DNA from: an uncultured Gemmatimonadales bacterium
GTDB lineage: Bacteria; Gemmatimonadota; Gemmatimonadetes; Gemmatimonadales; GWC2-71-9
Assembly (NCBI GenBank): GCA_963697065.1
Contig: CAVOMQ010000001.1
Coordinates: 770,518-834,517 of the forward strand
DNA length: 64,000 nucleotides
Reading direction: 5' to 3'
This document shows, piece after piece, positions 53,918-63,361 of the stretch (its first letter is position 1; each line of letters opens with the position of its first letter). The notes beneath the pieces were generated by a model. The model did no database searches. It was not told the origin of the DNA and saw only the letters and a list, made by a program, of their open reading frames with translations. A program made the translations under genes and the position numbers.

Positions 53918-54057
53918 GGGGGATTCTCCGGTACAGGCCGGTCGGGTGATGGCTGCGGCGAGATCCGGGAATCTCCGCCGGGATCAGCCCGCGCGCAACG
54001 CCGTCGGAGCGCCCGCTTCGCTCCCGCGCCCCGATCTGCACCCCGAGTTCCGCCTGC

Positions 54058-54096
54058 GGGGCTCCGGGCTCCGGGCCCTGGGCTCTGGCCTCCGGG
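54058..54096 (+). repeat. GGGNNNN heptad array (6 positions at 7-nt phase)
   Basis: GGGGCTCCGGGCTCCGGGCCCTGGGCTCTGGCCTCCGGG in the divergent gap between 53917 and 54252. Confidence 0.85.
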
Positions 54097-54251
54097 CCGT
54101 TCTTTTCGTTGACGCCTTCCGCCGCAGATCCTATGTTCTCCCAGTCCCTCGCCCCGTTTCTTCGAGGACCGTGCGAGTGCCGCCGCCTGCGCCCATCCGG
54201 TCAATCCCGGACAGGGCGTGTGGCTGTCGACGCCATATCAAGGAGAAGAAC

Positions 54252-55799
54252 ATGTCGATCCGTTCGCTGTTGTTCGGCTTTGCTGCTTCGACCCTCATGG
54301 TTGCGCCCGCCGCGGCGCAACGCGGCGCAACACCGGGTGGCCGGGGCGGCGGCGGCGGCGGCGCGGACACCAGCGGCATTGTCGCGGTCGAGAACATCTC
54401 GACCACGCAGCACACCGTCACGATCGACGGGAAGCAGATCGCGTACACCGCGCGCGCCGGCACGCTGGTGCTCCGCGACGACGACGGCAAGCCCAAGGCG
54501 AGCGTCTTCTTCATCTCCTACACCAAGAACGGCGAAGATTCCACCAAGCGCCCGGTGACGTTCTTCTTCAACGGCGGACCGGGTTCGGCGTCGATCTGGC
54601 TGAGCATGGGCATCATGTCGCCGATGCATCCGGAGATGGGGCCGAACGGCTCCGAGCCGGCGCCGCCATACAACCTGGTGGCGAACGAGTACTCGCCACT
54701 CGACGTGACCGATCTGGTGCAGATCGACGCGATGAACACCGGGTATTCCCGACCGGCGAGGGGTCACGAAGCCACCGAGTTCACCGGTGCCAGCAACGAC
54801 ATCGCGATGTTCGGCGAGTTCATCCGCGACTACCTCGACAAGTACCAGCGCTGGCAATCGCCGAAGTATCTCTTCGGCGAGAGCTACGGGACGTTCCGGT
54901 CGGCGGGGCTCGCGTCGGAACTGCAGAGCAACGAGGGGATCGAGCTCAACGGCATCATGCTGCTCGGCACGGTGCTCGACTTCCAGTACATCTCGCCGTC
55001 GTCGACCAATGACATCGGCTACGCGGCGTTCCTGCCGACCTTTGCCACCACGGCGTGGTACCACAAGAAGCTCTCGCCGGATATGGAGAAGGAATCGGTC
55101 GACCAGATCGCCCAGGCGGCGCGGACCTACGCCTTCGGCGATTACCTGACGGCACTCGCGAAGGGCAACACGCTCACCGACGCCGAACGGAACGCGGTGG
55201 CGCAGAAGGTGGCGTCGATGACCGGTGTATCAGCGCAGTTCGTGCTCAACTCGAACCTGCGCATCTCGGACGGCATCTTCCGCACCGAGCTGCTTCGCGA
55301 CGAGCGCGAGATGGTGGGGCGGTACGACAGCCGGCTGATCGGCATCAACGGCACGCCGGCCAGCCAGCGCCAGGACTACGATCCGTCGGACGAGGCGCCG
55401 ACGGGGGCGTTCATGTCGGCGTTCATGCGTTACCTGCAGGTCGACCTGGGCTACTCCAGCCCGCTGCAGTATTTCATGGGCGGCCACACCGGGCGGTGGG
55501 AGTACCCGCAGGGACAGTTCCCGAGCGAGGTCGAGTCCCTGCGGCTGGCCATGGCGAAGAATCCCTATCTGCACGTGATGGTGGGCGCCGGGTACTACGA
55601 CATGGCGACCCCGTTCGCCAACGCCGAGTATGACTTCTCACACCTGGGCTTCGACAAGACGTACCGCGACCGGGTGCAGTTCGACTACTTCCAGAGCGGC
55701 CACATGGCCTACCTGAACCAGACGTCGGCCAAGGAACTCCAGGGCGACATCGAGAAGTTCATCGCGTCGACGGTGCACGAGACGGATTCGTCGAAATAG
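54252..55799 (+). CDS. Peptidase S10 (serine carboxypeptidase) family protein, secreted
   Basis: AGGAGAAG precedes ATG 54252. Signal peptide. FFFNGGPGSAS and catalytic-Ser motif GESYG. Confidence 0.9.
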   Translation: MSIRSLLFGFAASTLMVAPAAAQRGATPGGRGGGGGGADTSGIVAVENISTTQHTVTIDGKQIAYTARAGTLVLRDDDGKPKASVFFISYTKNGEDSTKRPVTFFFNGGPGSASIWLSMGIMSPMHPEMGPNGSEPAPPYNLVANEYSPLDVTDLVQIDAMNTGYSRPARGHEATEFTGASNDIAMFGEFIRDYLDKYQRWQSPKYLFGESYGTFRSAGLASELQSNEGIELNGIMLLGTVLDFQYISPSSTNDIGYAAFLPTFATTAWYHKKLSPDMEKESVDQIAQAARTYAFGDYLTALAKGNTLTDAERNAVAQKVASMTGVSAQFVLNSNLRISDGIFRTELLRDEREMVGRYDSRLIGINGTPASQRQDYDPSDEAPTGAFMSAFMRYLQVDLGYSSPLQYFMGGHTGRWEYPQGQFPSEVESLRLAMAKNPYLHVMVGAGYYDMATPFANAEYDFSHLGFDKTYRDRVQFDYFQSGHMAYLNQTSAKELQGDIEKFIASTVHETDSSK

Positions 55800-56817
55800 G
55801 GCGAAGGAGTCGCGTTTCGCCGAAGTCCGCGATCCAGAGACGATCCGCCGGAAGCCCGAGTTTGTTCCATCGGGCTTCTGTGCGTTTCGTGGGTTCGTCC
55901 ATCGGCTCGTCGGTGAGGCGGAAGGTGCCCCAGTGGATGGCGAGCATCAGCGGGGCGGGCGCGGCGGGGTGGGCCGCCGTGACATCGCCGTAGAGCTGCA
56001 CCGCTTCTTCGGGGTCGGCGTGGACGACGTGCATGAACCAGCGCGGATCGTACGCACCGATCGGGATCATGGCGAGGTCGAAGGGGCCGAGCCGGGCGCC
56101 GATGGCTGCGAATTCGGGGTGATACGCGGTGTCGCCGGCGAAGAAGGCCCGCTTTCCGCCGACTTCGAACGCAAAGCCGCACCAGAGGGTGTGGTTGCGA
56201 TCGCCGATACGGCGCGCGCTGAAGTGGCGCGCTGGTGTGGCGGTGATGTTGACGTCGCCGATCCGGGTATCCTGCCACCAGTCGAGTTCCACGATGTGCC
56301 GCACGCCCCACGGGCGGATGTACTTCCCCAGCTCCGACGGAACGACCCATGTCGCATCCGGATGCGCGCGCGCGATGCGCTTGACGGACGCCTTGTCGAG
56401 GTGGTCGTAGTGGCTGTGCGACAACGCCACGATGTCGAGCGGCGGGAGCGAGTCGATCGACAGCGCCGGCGGCATGACGCGGCGTGGTCCCATCCACTGC
56501 ACCGGGAACGCGCGTTCGCTGAACATCGGATCGGTGAGGATGTTGCGGCCGTGCATCTGCAGCAGGACGGTGGCGTGGCCGATCCAGGTGGCGGCGAATT
56601 CGTCGGCGCTGCGGCGAGGGTAGATGATGACGGGCGTGGCGGTGGGGAAGCTGCCGCGTGACGGCGTCGGCGCGAAGACCTGGCCGCGCCGTTCGCGCCG
56701 CCAGCGGAGGACATCGCGCCAGCCGCGCGGATCGCTGTCGGGCCACGGATTGGTGAAGCGGCCGTCAGGGGTGCGGTGGGCTTCGGGTGGCGATGGTTCG
56801 GTGATCGGTTCTGGCAG
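55759..56817 (-). CDS. MBL-fold metallo-hydrolase (NAPE-PLD-like); conserved N-terminus lacks a canonical start codon
   Basis: SHSHYDHLD zinc motif. The first ATG (56556) falls inside the conserved ATWIGHATVLLQMHGRNILTDP strand. The frame stays open to 56865 and encodes the family motif DGRFTNPWP. The only start-like codon there is CTG 56817. Confidence 0.75.
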   Translation of the reverse strand: MPEPITEPSPPEAHRTPDGRFTNPWPDSDPRGWRDVLRWRRERRGQVFAPTPSRGSFPTATPVIIYPRRSADEFAATWIGHATVLLQMHGRNILTDPMFSERAFPVQWMGPRRVMPPALSIDSLPPLDIVALSHSHYDHLDKASVKRIARAHPDATWVVPSELGKYIRPWGVRHIVELDWWQDTRIGDVNITATPARHFSARRIGDRNHTLWCGFAFEVGGKRAFFAGDTAYHPEFAAIGARLGPFDLAMIPIGAYDPRWFMHVVHADPEEAVQLYGDVTAAHPAAPAPLMLAIHWGTFRLTDEPMDEPTKRTEARWNKLGLPADRLWIADFGETRLLRPISTNPSRAPSTR

Positions 56818-56865
56818 CGGACCGTTCCGGGAGCGGGAGGGATGACTTCGAACGCCGAAGTCTAC

Positions 56866-57915
56866 TCAGATGCTGTCGTGCGGCAGGAGGTACACCTGGC
56901 CCCCCTGTTGGAAGACCACGTCGCCATTGGCGGAAGAGAGTGAGAGGTTGCCCGGGACGGGCAGCAACAGCGGAGAGAAGACGCGAACCTCGGTGACGTT
57001 CCCCGACGCGGGATCGAAATCCCAGAGGGTCGCGGTGCGAAGGATGTTGCCATTGCGCTCGACAGAATCCTCCTGGGTGAGGACGACGCACCCGGTTGCG
57101 GCACAGGAGAGACCGCGAAGCGACCGGGAATTGCCCGGCGGGATGCTGCCTGCCGAAGTGACCGGGCCGCCGGCGGTCGACACCTTCCAGAGGACGAGCC
57201 CGGTATCGGCGAAGACCAATTCGGTGCCTTGAGCAGTTGGCGAGTAGAGCCGCACCGAAGCGGTTCCCGGCACGACAGTAAGTGTGAAGGTGCTCGAACC
57301 TACGACGCCGCGGGCAATGCCGAACGATGTCAGCGCATCGGCCGGGCTGAGATTGCCGGCGACCACGAACAGTGTCGAATCGTCGCCCCACTTGGCATTC
57401 GTGACCCAGTTGATCGAATCGGGCGGGACGACGGCGTGTCCGATCGAGTCGCGGTAGAGCTGCATGATCGGTCGCGCGCCCGACGAGTCAACCAGCCAGA
57501 GCATGGCGTTATACTCTGTGGGAAAGGGCCACGGGCTGTTCGGGTTCACCGGACCGACAGCTCGCGAGTACAACACCTGGTTGGTGGAAGAGAGGGCTTC
57601 TGTCGCTACGATCACCGTGTTGCGAGGCTGTGGGGGCGGAGGATTGGCGACTGGTGGTATGTGGTAGCTCCAGACCGCGCTGCCGCCTTCTGGCGGGAGC
57701 CGGTAGGTCCAGTACCCCTCGGCGACTCCTATTCCCCGGCCGTCCGGCGTGAAATCCAGCAGCGTCGCGCCGCCTGTCGTGAGTTGCCCCTCGCCCTGCG
57801 CCGTCCGATATGGCCCAGTCGCGCCGTACTCGCCGGTCACGAACGGCGCCGAGTGGCACGCGGCGACAGTGGCAACTGTCGCAAGCAGACCTCGTCGCAC
57901 CGTGTCCGACCGCAC
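56866..57915 (-). CDS. Hypothetical lipoprotein, beta-propeller-like; paralog of 18739..19785
   Basis: Lipobox VAAC. Colinear similarity to the 18739..19785 product. Confidence 0.8.
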   Translation of the reverse strand: MRSDTVRRGLLATVATVAACHSAPFVTGEYGATGPYRTAQGEGQLTTGGATLLDFTPDGRGIGVAEGYWTYRLPPEGGSAVWSYHIPPVANPPPPQPRNTVIVATEALSSTNQVLYSRAVGPVNPNSPWPFPTEYNAMLWLVDSSGARPIMQLYRDSIGHAVVPPDSINWVTNAKWGDDSTLFVVAGNLSPADALTSFGIARGVVGSSTFTLTVVPGTASVRLYSPTAQGTELVFADTGLVLWKVSTAGGPVTSAGSIPPGNSRSLRGLSCAATGCVVLTQEDSVERNGNILRTATLWDFDPASGNVTEVRVFSPLLLPVPGNLSLSSANGDVVFQQGGQVYLLPHDSI

Positions 57916-57932
57916 TGCCTCGGCCTCGACCG

Positions 57933-58340
57933 CTACTGCGTGACGCGGTTGAGCTTCACCGAATCGACGCCGGGACCGAGTCCGCCCACCGTTCCGACGA
58001 TGTGATCATCGGTCAGCGTCCCGGAGACGGTGAGCACGGAATAGATCGGGCCGGTCATGGTAAGCGAGACGTTCGGCGCGGCGTACGTTCCGCCGACTGT
58101 CTCGGGGGAGATGCCGCCACTGGGCGGCACGTTACTCAGCTGACCGCTGCCGCTGACGGTGCCGTAAGTCTCGGTGAGCGTGACCGACATGGTGATGTCG
58201 CCAGCGGTGCCGGTCCATGTGCCGGCGATGCCCGTGGCCTGGTTGCCGTTGGTCGGCGTGCCGCCGCTGGAGCAGGCGGCGGCCAGAATAGCGGCGACGG
58301 CCAACAACAGCTCTTTGGGCAATGAAATGTGCGATGACAT
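57933..58340 (-). CDS. Small lipoprotein
   Basis: Lipobox ILAAAC. Gly/Thr-rich beta-type sequence. GGAGG-like site upstream. Confidence 0.7.
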   Translation of the reverse strand: MSSHISLPKELLLAVAAILAAACSSGGTPTNGNQATGIAGTWTGTAGDITMSVTLTETYGTVSGSGQLSNVPPSGGISPETVGGTYAAPNVSLTMTGPIYSVLTVSGTLTDDHIVGTVGGLGPGVDSVKLNRVTQ

Positions 58341-58374
58341 GGTGAACCTCCGTTCAATACTGCTGACGATAGGA

Positions 58375-59169
58375 CTAATACCGTGTGCTCACACTCCGCG
58401 CCAGAATGATGTCGATGCCGAGGGTGATCGAGGGAAAGATTTTGAGCACCGATTTGCTCGGCGGCGCGATGCCTTGCAGCGCGCTCGGTCCCGTCACCTC
58501 TGACAACAGGACGCCGGTCTCCCGGGCCTCGAGTCGCCATTGCATCCAGCCGTTGGCGTTCGTCGACGCGCCGACCCCGATGTCGAACGTCGGGCGGGTG
58601 TCGCTCCACGCATTGTCCGGGTAGATCGCGATGGTCGACGCAAAGGTGCCGACGCTGTACGCCCGCGTGCTGTTCGACAGCAGCGTGATGCCACCCATCA
58701 ACCTGAGGTAGGGCTGGAGCATCTGCCGCGCGCGAATCCGATAGATGATACCGGCGTCGAGCGAGGTGGCGGAGCTTGCCATGACCGTGGATCGGTAACA
58801 CGCCGTGTCGGCGGAGCGGCAGGTATCGTCGAACCCCATGCCGACCGACGCAAATTCGGCGGTCAGGCCGAGGTGCTCGCCGGTGAAGCGCACGGCCTGC
58901 GCCGTGAAGAGGAAGCTCGACTTGATGCGGCGGCCGAGCATGAGATGCTCGAGCGGCGACAGAGATCCGGTGGAATCGGTACCCGGAGCTTGATAGGGCT
59001 GATCGGCGACGTGCCACAGGTCGCTCCCCGTGATCCATCCGCCCGAGATGCCGATGACAAAGCGGGTCTCGTCCGACGGGCCCTGTGCCGAAAGGGCCCC
59101 GGTCCCCAGAGCGACGACCGCGGCCAGGACGGAAGCGATTCTCCAGCGGACTGCGGATGGCGGGATCAT
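58375..59169 (-). CDS. Outer-membrane beta-barrel protein
   Basis: Signal peptide, alternating hydrophobic beta-strand pattern, C-terminal aromatic residue (..SVSTRY). Confidence 0.7.
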   Translation of the reverse strand: MIPPSAVRWRIASVLAAVVALGTGALSAQGPSDETRFVIGISGGWITGSDLWHVADQPYQAPGTDSTGSLSPLEHLMLGRRIKSSFLFTAQAVRFTGEHLGLTAEFASVGMGFDDTCRSADTACYRSTVMASSATSLDAGIIYRIRARQMLQPYLRLMGGITLLSNSTRAYSVGTFASTIAIYPDNAWSDTRPTFDIGVGASTNANGWMQWRLEARETGVLLSEVTGPSALQGIAPPSKSVLKIFPSITLGIDIILARSVSTRY

Positions 59170-59242
59170 GACCTACCTTTACGGTGGTCGAGGGCTGAGA
59201 GGCCAAGTGTACACACGGTTCGGGAATCCGCCAGGATGGGCC

Positions 59243-61342
59243 ATGATGATGTTGCTCGCGGCAGCTCCATCTCGCTGGGCGGCCGCACAGGTGCCTCAAC
59301 GGCGCCAGGAACTGCTGGCCTTCCGGGACTCGCTGGCCACCGTGCACGACGTGACCGCACTGCGCGCGTTAGAGCGGGCGCAGGTCCGGCTGGCCCACAC
59401 CAACCGTAACGATACCACGCTCCATCTCCGGCTCGGGTTCATCGGTCTCCGCCTCGGCGACCTGAGGCGCAATTCCGACGACTATCGTGACGCCGTCGGC
59501 GAGTTCCAGTGGGCCGCTCGGCTCGACTCGACGCAGGCGCTGGCGTGGTACGGCCTCGGGATGGCGGAATTCGACCGCGCGCTGACCGTGCCGCCGGCGA
59601 TCCGCAATATGGAAGCCGGCTTCCTGCACGATCCGATCGGGCAGGCTGCGGCCGATCTGGCGCGGAGCGACGTGGCGCCGACGCCGTACCCGGACGGTGT
59701 CGCCGAAGTGGTGGCGAGGGCGCAGCGGCTGGAGGAACAGCCGTGGATGCAATTCGCGCTGGCGGCGGTGCGGGACGCCGCGGGGACGCCGGGCGCCGCG
59801 ACGCACGACGGCGTGCTGGCCCGCGCGCGCATCGAGCGGTCCGACGGCATCGCCGATTCGGCGTTGGCGGTCATCGCGACATATCTCAAGCGACATCCCG
59901 ACGACCCGACGGTGCTGCTGGAAGAGGCCCGGATCCGCTTCATCGGCGGTCGCACCGACGGCGACGTTCCGTGGTATCGCGGCCTCGAACTGGCCGATCC
60001 AGCGACCTTGGTGCTCTACCGCGGCGACCTCGGCGCGGTGGCGAACGACACCGTTCGCGAGGCACTTGCGGCGAATGACGGGACCGCACGGGTCAAAGCG
60101 ATAGCGCGCTTCTGGCGAACCCGCGACGAGCTCAGTCCCGACGGCGCGGAGCGCCTGCGCGACCACTATCGCCGCTTGAACACGGCACACAACGAGCACC
60201 CGCTCGCCAATCGCGACACCGTGATCGACGCCCTCGCCGCGGTCGACGTGGAGGGCCGCGTCGTGGTCCGGCATGGCGAACCCGACGCGACCGGTCATAT
60301 CAGCCTCAAGGATCTGCCGCCCAACAAGGCGTGGTGGTACTTCCTGCCCGGTGGCGATTCGTTGCTGTTCGTCTTCGCGAAGGGCGAGAATAGAGAGCCG
60401 GAGCGCCTGCTGCCTGGTATTCACTCCTTCGCCGAGAACGTGATAGGCGATCGCACTTTTCACGGACTCGGCGACAGCGCCCGGAAGGCAAACGCAAGGA
60501 TGAACGACGTGCTGGCGACGCGCGGCGCCGAGTCGCCGGATACATGGAGCTTCGGATACGAACTGGCGTTGCCGGCCGCGATCGCTCTCGTTGCGATCGG
60601 GTCAGATTCGACAGGTCCCGAATTGCAGATCGCCTGGTCGGTTCCCGGGAACGGGGTCGTTCCGGAACGCGCGATCGACGATTTCGTCTACCGGCTGCGG
60701 CTCCGCGCCGTGCTGCTCGATTCGGCGAGCGATGTGGCGGGAGCGGTGGATACCACCGTGCTGATCGCCCGCGATCATTGGCTTCCGGACGACAGTCTGC
60801 TGGTCGGCCGTGCCACACTCGAGGCTCCGGCGGGCCATTACACCATCCGCGGCGGCCTGGAATCCGACGGCGTGGGCGTCGTGACGCCGCGGGAGACGGT
60901 TGTGCTGGCGCCGCTCGCCTCACCGGAGATGTCGATGTCGGATATCGCGCTGGGGCGGCGCGGTGTGCCGATCGATTGGCCGCTGGCGCCGGGCGACACG
61001 GCCTGGGTTGATCCGTCGGGTGCGTTCCCGCGCAGCGAGCCGATGGAGATGACGGTGCAGGCGTCAGGCGTCCCGGACGACGCCGATTACGCCGTTCAGC
61101 TAGCCGTCCTCAAGGTTCCGGATTCGGCGACGGCGGTGCGGGGACAGGACGAAGCCGCCTTGGTCACCGGCTCGACGATGCGAATCGACTTCAAGGAGCA
61201 CCACGGTCACGGCATTGCGACGATCGAGCGCTCGTTGTCGCTGGGATCGCTTGCGCCGGGGTGGTACGTGCTCCAGGTACGTGTCGCCGTTCAGAACGGT
61301 GAGTCCCGCACGCACGGGAAGGCCTTCCGCGTGGTGAAGTAA
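59243..61342 (+). CDS. Secreted protein with TPR-like N-terminus and degenerate GWxTD-like domain
   Basis: Signal peptide MMMLLAAAPSRWAAAQ. RFWRTRDELSPDGAERLRDHYRRLNTAH...EGRVVVRHGEPD resembles the GWxTD domain core, but the GWxTD motif itself is absent. Confidence 0.7.
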   Translation: MMMLLAAAPSRWAAAQVPQRRQELLAFRDSLATVHDVTALRALERAQVRLAHTNRNDTTLHLRLGFIGLRLGDLRRNSDDYRDAVGEFQWAARLDSTQALAWYGLGMAEFDRALTVPPAIRNMEAGFLHDPIGQAAADLARSDVAPTPYPDGVAEVVARAQRLEEQPWMQFALAAVRDAAGTPGAATHDGVLARARIERSDGIADSALAVIATYLKRHPDDPTVLLEEARIRFIGGRTDGDVPWYRGLELADPATLVLYRGDLGAVANDTVREALAANDGTARVKAIARFWRTRDELSPDGAERLRDHYRRLNTAHNEHPLANRDTVIDALAAVDVEGRVVVRHGEPDATGHISLKDLPPNKAWWYFLPGGDSLLFVFAKGENREPERLLPGIHSFAENVIGDRTFHGLGDSARKANARMNDVLATRGAESPDTWSFGYELALPAAIALVAIGSDSTGPELQIAWSVPGNGVVPERAIDDFVYRLRLRAVLLDSASDVAGAVDTTVLIARDHWLPDDSLLVGRATLEAPAGHYTIRGGLESDGVGVVTPRETVVLAPLASPEMSMSDIALGRRGVPIDWPLAPGDTAWVDPSGAFPRSEPMEMTVQASGVPDDADYAVQLAVLKVPDSATAVRGQDEAALVTGSTMRIDFKEHHGHGIATIERSLSLGSLAPGWYVLQVRVAVQNGESRTHGKAFRVVK

Positions 61343-61345
61343 GCG

Positions 61346-61726
61346 CTACGTCCTGAAGCCGAGCGCGCCTGCCACGTGGCGTTGGCGTTCGTCCAGCGTC
61401 AGAAAGGTGATGTCTTCCGGGTTCTCGGCGATGTAGAGTGCGGTGGCCAGATGCCAGCAATCTGCGCCGCGAACATACCCGGTCGTCAGGACGCGACTGA
61501 TCTCGGGGCTGAGCGGCCGGTGGGGAGTGACCCACGTCAACCGTCGAAGAATCGGGGAGTCCGCCTCCAGTCCGTTGCGCCGCAGCACCGAACGCAATTC
61601 GGCCTCGAGCAGGTTGGATGCGAGCAGTTCATCGTAATGGGCGATCCGCCGTCGAACCGCCTGACCCTGTGGCTCACGGAGGATGACGGCGATCAGGCAG
61701 GAGGTATCAACAAAGCCCAGCGTCAC
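61346..61726 (-). CDS. vapC: PIN-domain toxin (VapC family)
   Basis: Acidic PIN residues in FVDTS, LLEAE, GADCWHLA and LTLDERQ. GTG start directly follows the antitoxin stop. Confidence 0.9.
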   Translation of the reverse strand: MTLGFVDTSCLIAVILREPQGQAVRRRIAHYDELLASNLLEAELRSVLRRNGLEADSPILRRLTWVTPHRPLSPEISRVLTTGYVRGADCWHLATALYIAENPEDITFLTLDERQRHVAGALGFRT

Positions 61727-62011
61727 TCAATCACGGTCCTCGAGGAACCGCTTCAACGCGCCGGGACGACGGGCGACCGGCTTGAGTGCTTCGGCAAGTG
61801 ACGGTGCGTCCTTTGCTGGGCGCAGGACCACCCCCTCCGCTTCGAGGCGATCAAGACGTGCATCAAGCGTCTCGTCTTTCGGCTCGATCGGCCGCAACTC
61901 CGCGGCCGGTTTGCCGTGGACCGTGATCACCACGTGCCCGCCTTCGCGCACCCGTCGTACCAGGGCCGAGAGACGCGCCTTGGCTTCGTAGAGGGAGTAG
62001 GTGTTGCGCAT
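61727..62011 (-). CDS. Phd/YefM family type II antitoxin
   Basis: MRNTYSLYEAKARLSALVRRVREGGHVVITVHGKPAAELRPI is the canonical Phd/YefM N-terminus. Confidence 0.9.
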   Translation of the reverse strand: MRNTYSLYEAKARLSALVRRVREGGHVVITVHGKPAAELRPIEPKDETLDARLDRLEAEGVVLRPAKDAPSLAEALKPVARRPGALKRFLEDRD

Positions 62012-62103
62012 GACGGGAAGCTAGCGAATCTGGTCAGACTGGTCAATTTCGACGACCGGCGGTCGCGACCGGCGGGCACCACGCCCGCCGGCCGCCCGCC
62101 CCG

Positions 62104-62517
62104 CTACTTCCAGCAGGCGATGATCAGCGAAATCGCCACCAACTTGACCAGCCAGTCGCCGGCGTCGATCACCGCGGCCTTCCAGGGCTGATTCTCCCAG
62201 AGCGACATCCCCCAGAAGATCATCACCGGGAAGGTGACCCAGAGAAAGATCCCGAAGTGGGCCGCCGACATCCACGTCTTCGGATAGTACTCGCCGACAA
62301 TGTGCGCCATGAAGAACGCGAGGAGCAGGCACCGGATCAGTTCGGCGAGCATCTTCCCCATCGGCATCTTGCCACCGGCCATCGACGCCGGATCGATGCC
62401 ACGGGCCCGCATCCACGGCTTCACGAACAGCAGCGGACTGTACCACAGCCACCCCAGCACGAACGCCGCCAGTCCGGCGACGAGCACCGCCACGAAGTTC
62501 ACATGGACGTGCAGCAC
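62104..62517 (-). CDS. DUF1761 family membrane protein
   Basis: Four TM helices. LGWLWYSPLLF motif typical of DUF1761. Confidence 0.8.
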   Translation of the reverse strand: MLHVHVNFVAVLVAGLAAFVLGWLWYSPLLFVKPWMRARGIDPASMAGGKMPMGKMLAELIRCLLLAFFMAHIVGEYYPKTWMSAAHFGIFLWVTFPVMIFWGMSLWENQPWKAAVIDAGDWLVKLVAISLIIACWK

Positions 62518-62792
62518 GTTGCACCTCTCTCCTGATCAGGCAGGAATCTGGTCCCGGGGGATGGGCGGGGACGGCGGTTCGCGGGCCGGCCCGCTCGAGG
62601 GATCGGGGCAATGAGATACCGCCGGATTGCCGGGTCCGCCAGAGCGGGGGTCCCGCCGCAACACGAATGCCCGGGTCGCCAAGCCGCGTAACGCGGTACC
62701 TCGGCGAGTCCCGAAGAGCCGCGTGGCGGGTGGGGTTGCGCTACCGTGGCCCGCATGCCCGGTTGCATCTCTCTCTCGAGGAGGCCCACATT

Positions 62793-63347
62793 ATGGGTAT
62801 GGCAGCCACGCACGAGATGTCCGTCGCCGAATTCCTGGCGTTGCCGGAAGACGGGCGCCGCCACGAACTCCTCGACGGCGAGCACGTCGTGAGCCCGACG
62901 CCGCGGTGGGTGCATCAACGTGCCGTGCTGGCGCTCTACGAGTTGCTCACGCCCATGCTGCGGGGTCGCGACGACGTCGAGATGTTCTGTGTCCCCGGCG
63001 ACCTGCAACTGAACCCGCGCAGCGTGGTCGAGCCCGACCTGTTCATCCTTCCCAGCGGGCCCGGTCCCCGACTGCAGGATTGGTCGCAAGCGCCGGTCCC
63101 GATCGTCGTTGCGGAGGTGGTCTCGCCGAGCACCTCGGCCCGCGACCGCGGCATCAAGCGTCGACTCTACATCGAGGCCGGCGTGGAGGAATACTGGATC
63201 GTCGATCTCGATGGTCGCGTATTCGAACGGTGGCGGCGTGGCAATGCGTTACCCGAGGTGGTCGACAGCGAGTTCCGGTTCGCGGTCGGGAAGGGTATCA
63301 GCGGTGTGTTTGATCTGCAGCGGTACTTCGCGGACGTCCTGCGATAG
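62793..63347 (+). CDS. Uma2 (DUF820) endonuclease-fold protein (divergent fourth copy)
   Basis: GAGGAGG precedes ATG 62793. SVAEFLALPEDGRRHELLDGEHVVSPTP...EPDLFI...VVAEVVSPST...KRRLYIEAGVEEYWIVD. Confidence 0.85.
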   Translation: MGMAATHEMSVAEFLALPEDGRRHELLDGEHVVSPTPRWVHQRAVLALYELLTPMLRGRDDVEMFCVPGDLQLNPRSVVEPDLFILPSGPGPRLQDWSQAPVPIVVAEVVSPSTSARDRGIKRRLYIEAGVEEYWIVDLDGRVFERWRRGNALPEVVDSEFRFAVGKGISGVFDLQRYFADVLR

Positions 63348-63361
63348 CCGAGTGCTCGCAT

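Noticed and set aside
62531-62580. CCTGATCAGG palindrome and the GGGGGATGGGCGGGGACGG G-tracts upstream of the DUF1761 gene as another heptad array
   Set aside because: The G-tracts are not in 7-nt phase and there are fewer than four regularly spaced tracts. They look like ordinary GC-rich intergenic sequence.
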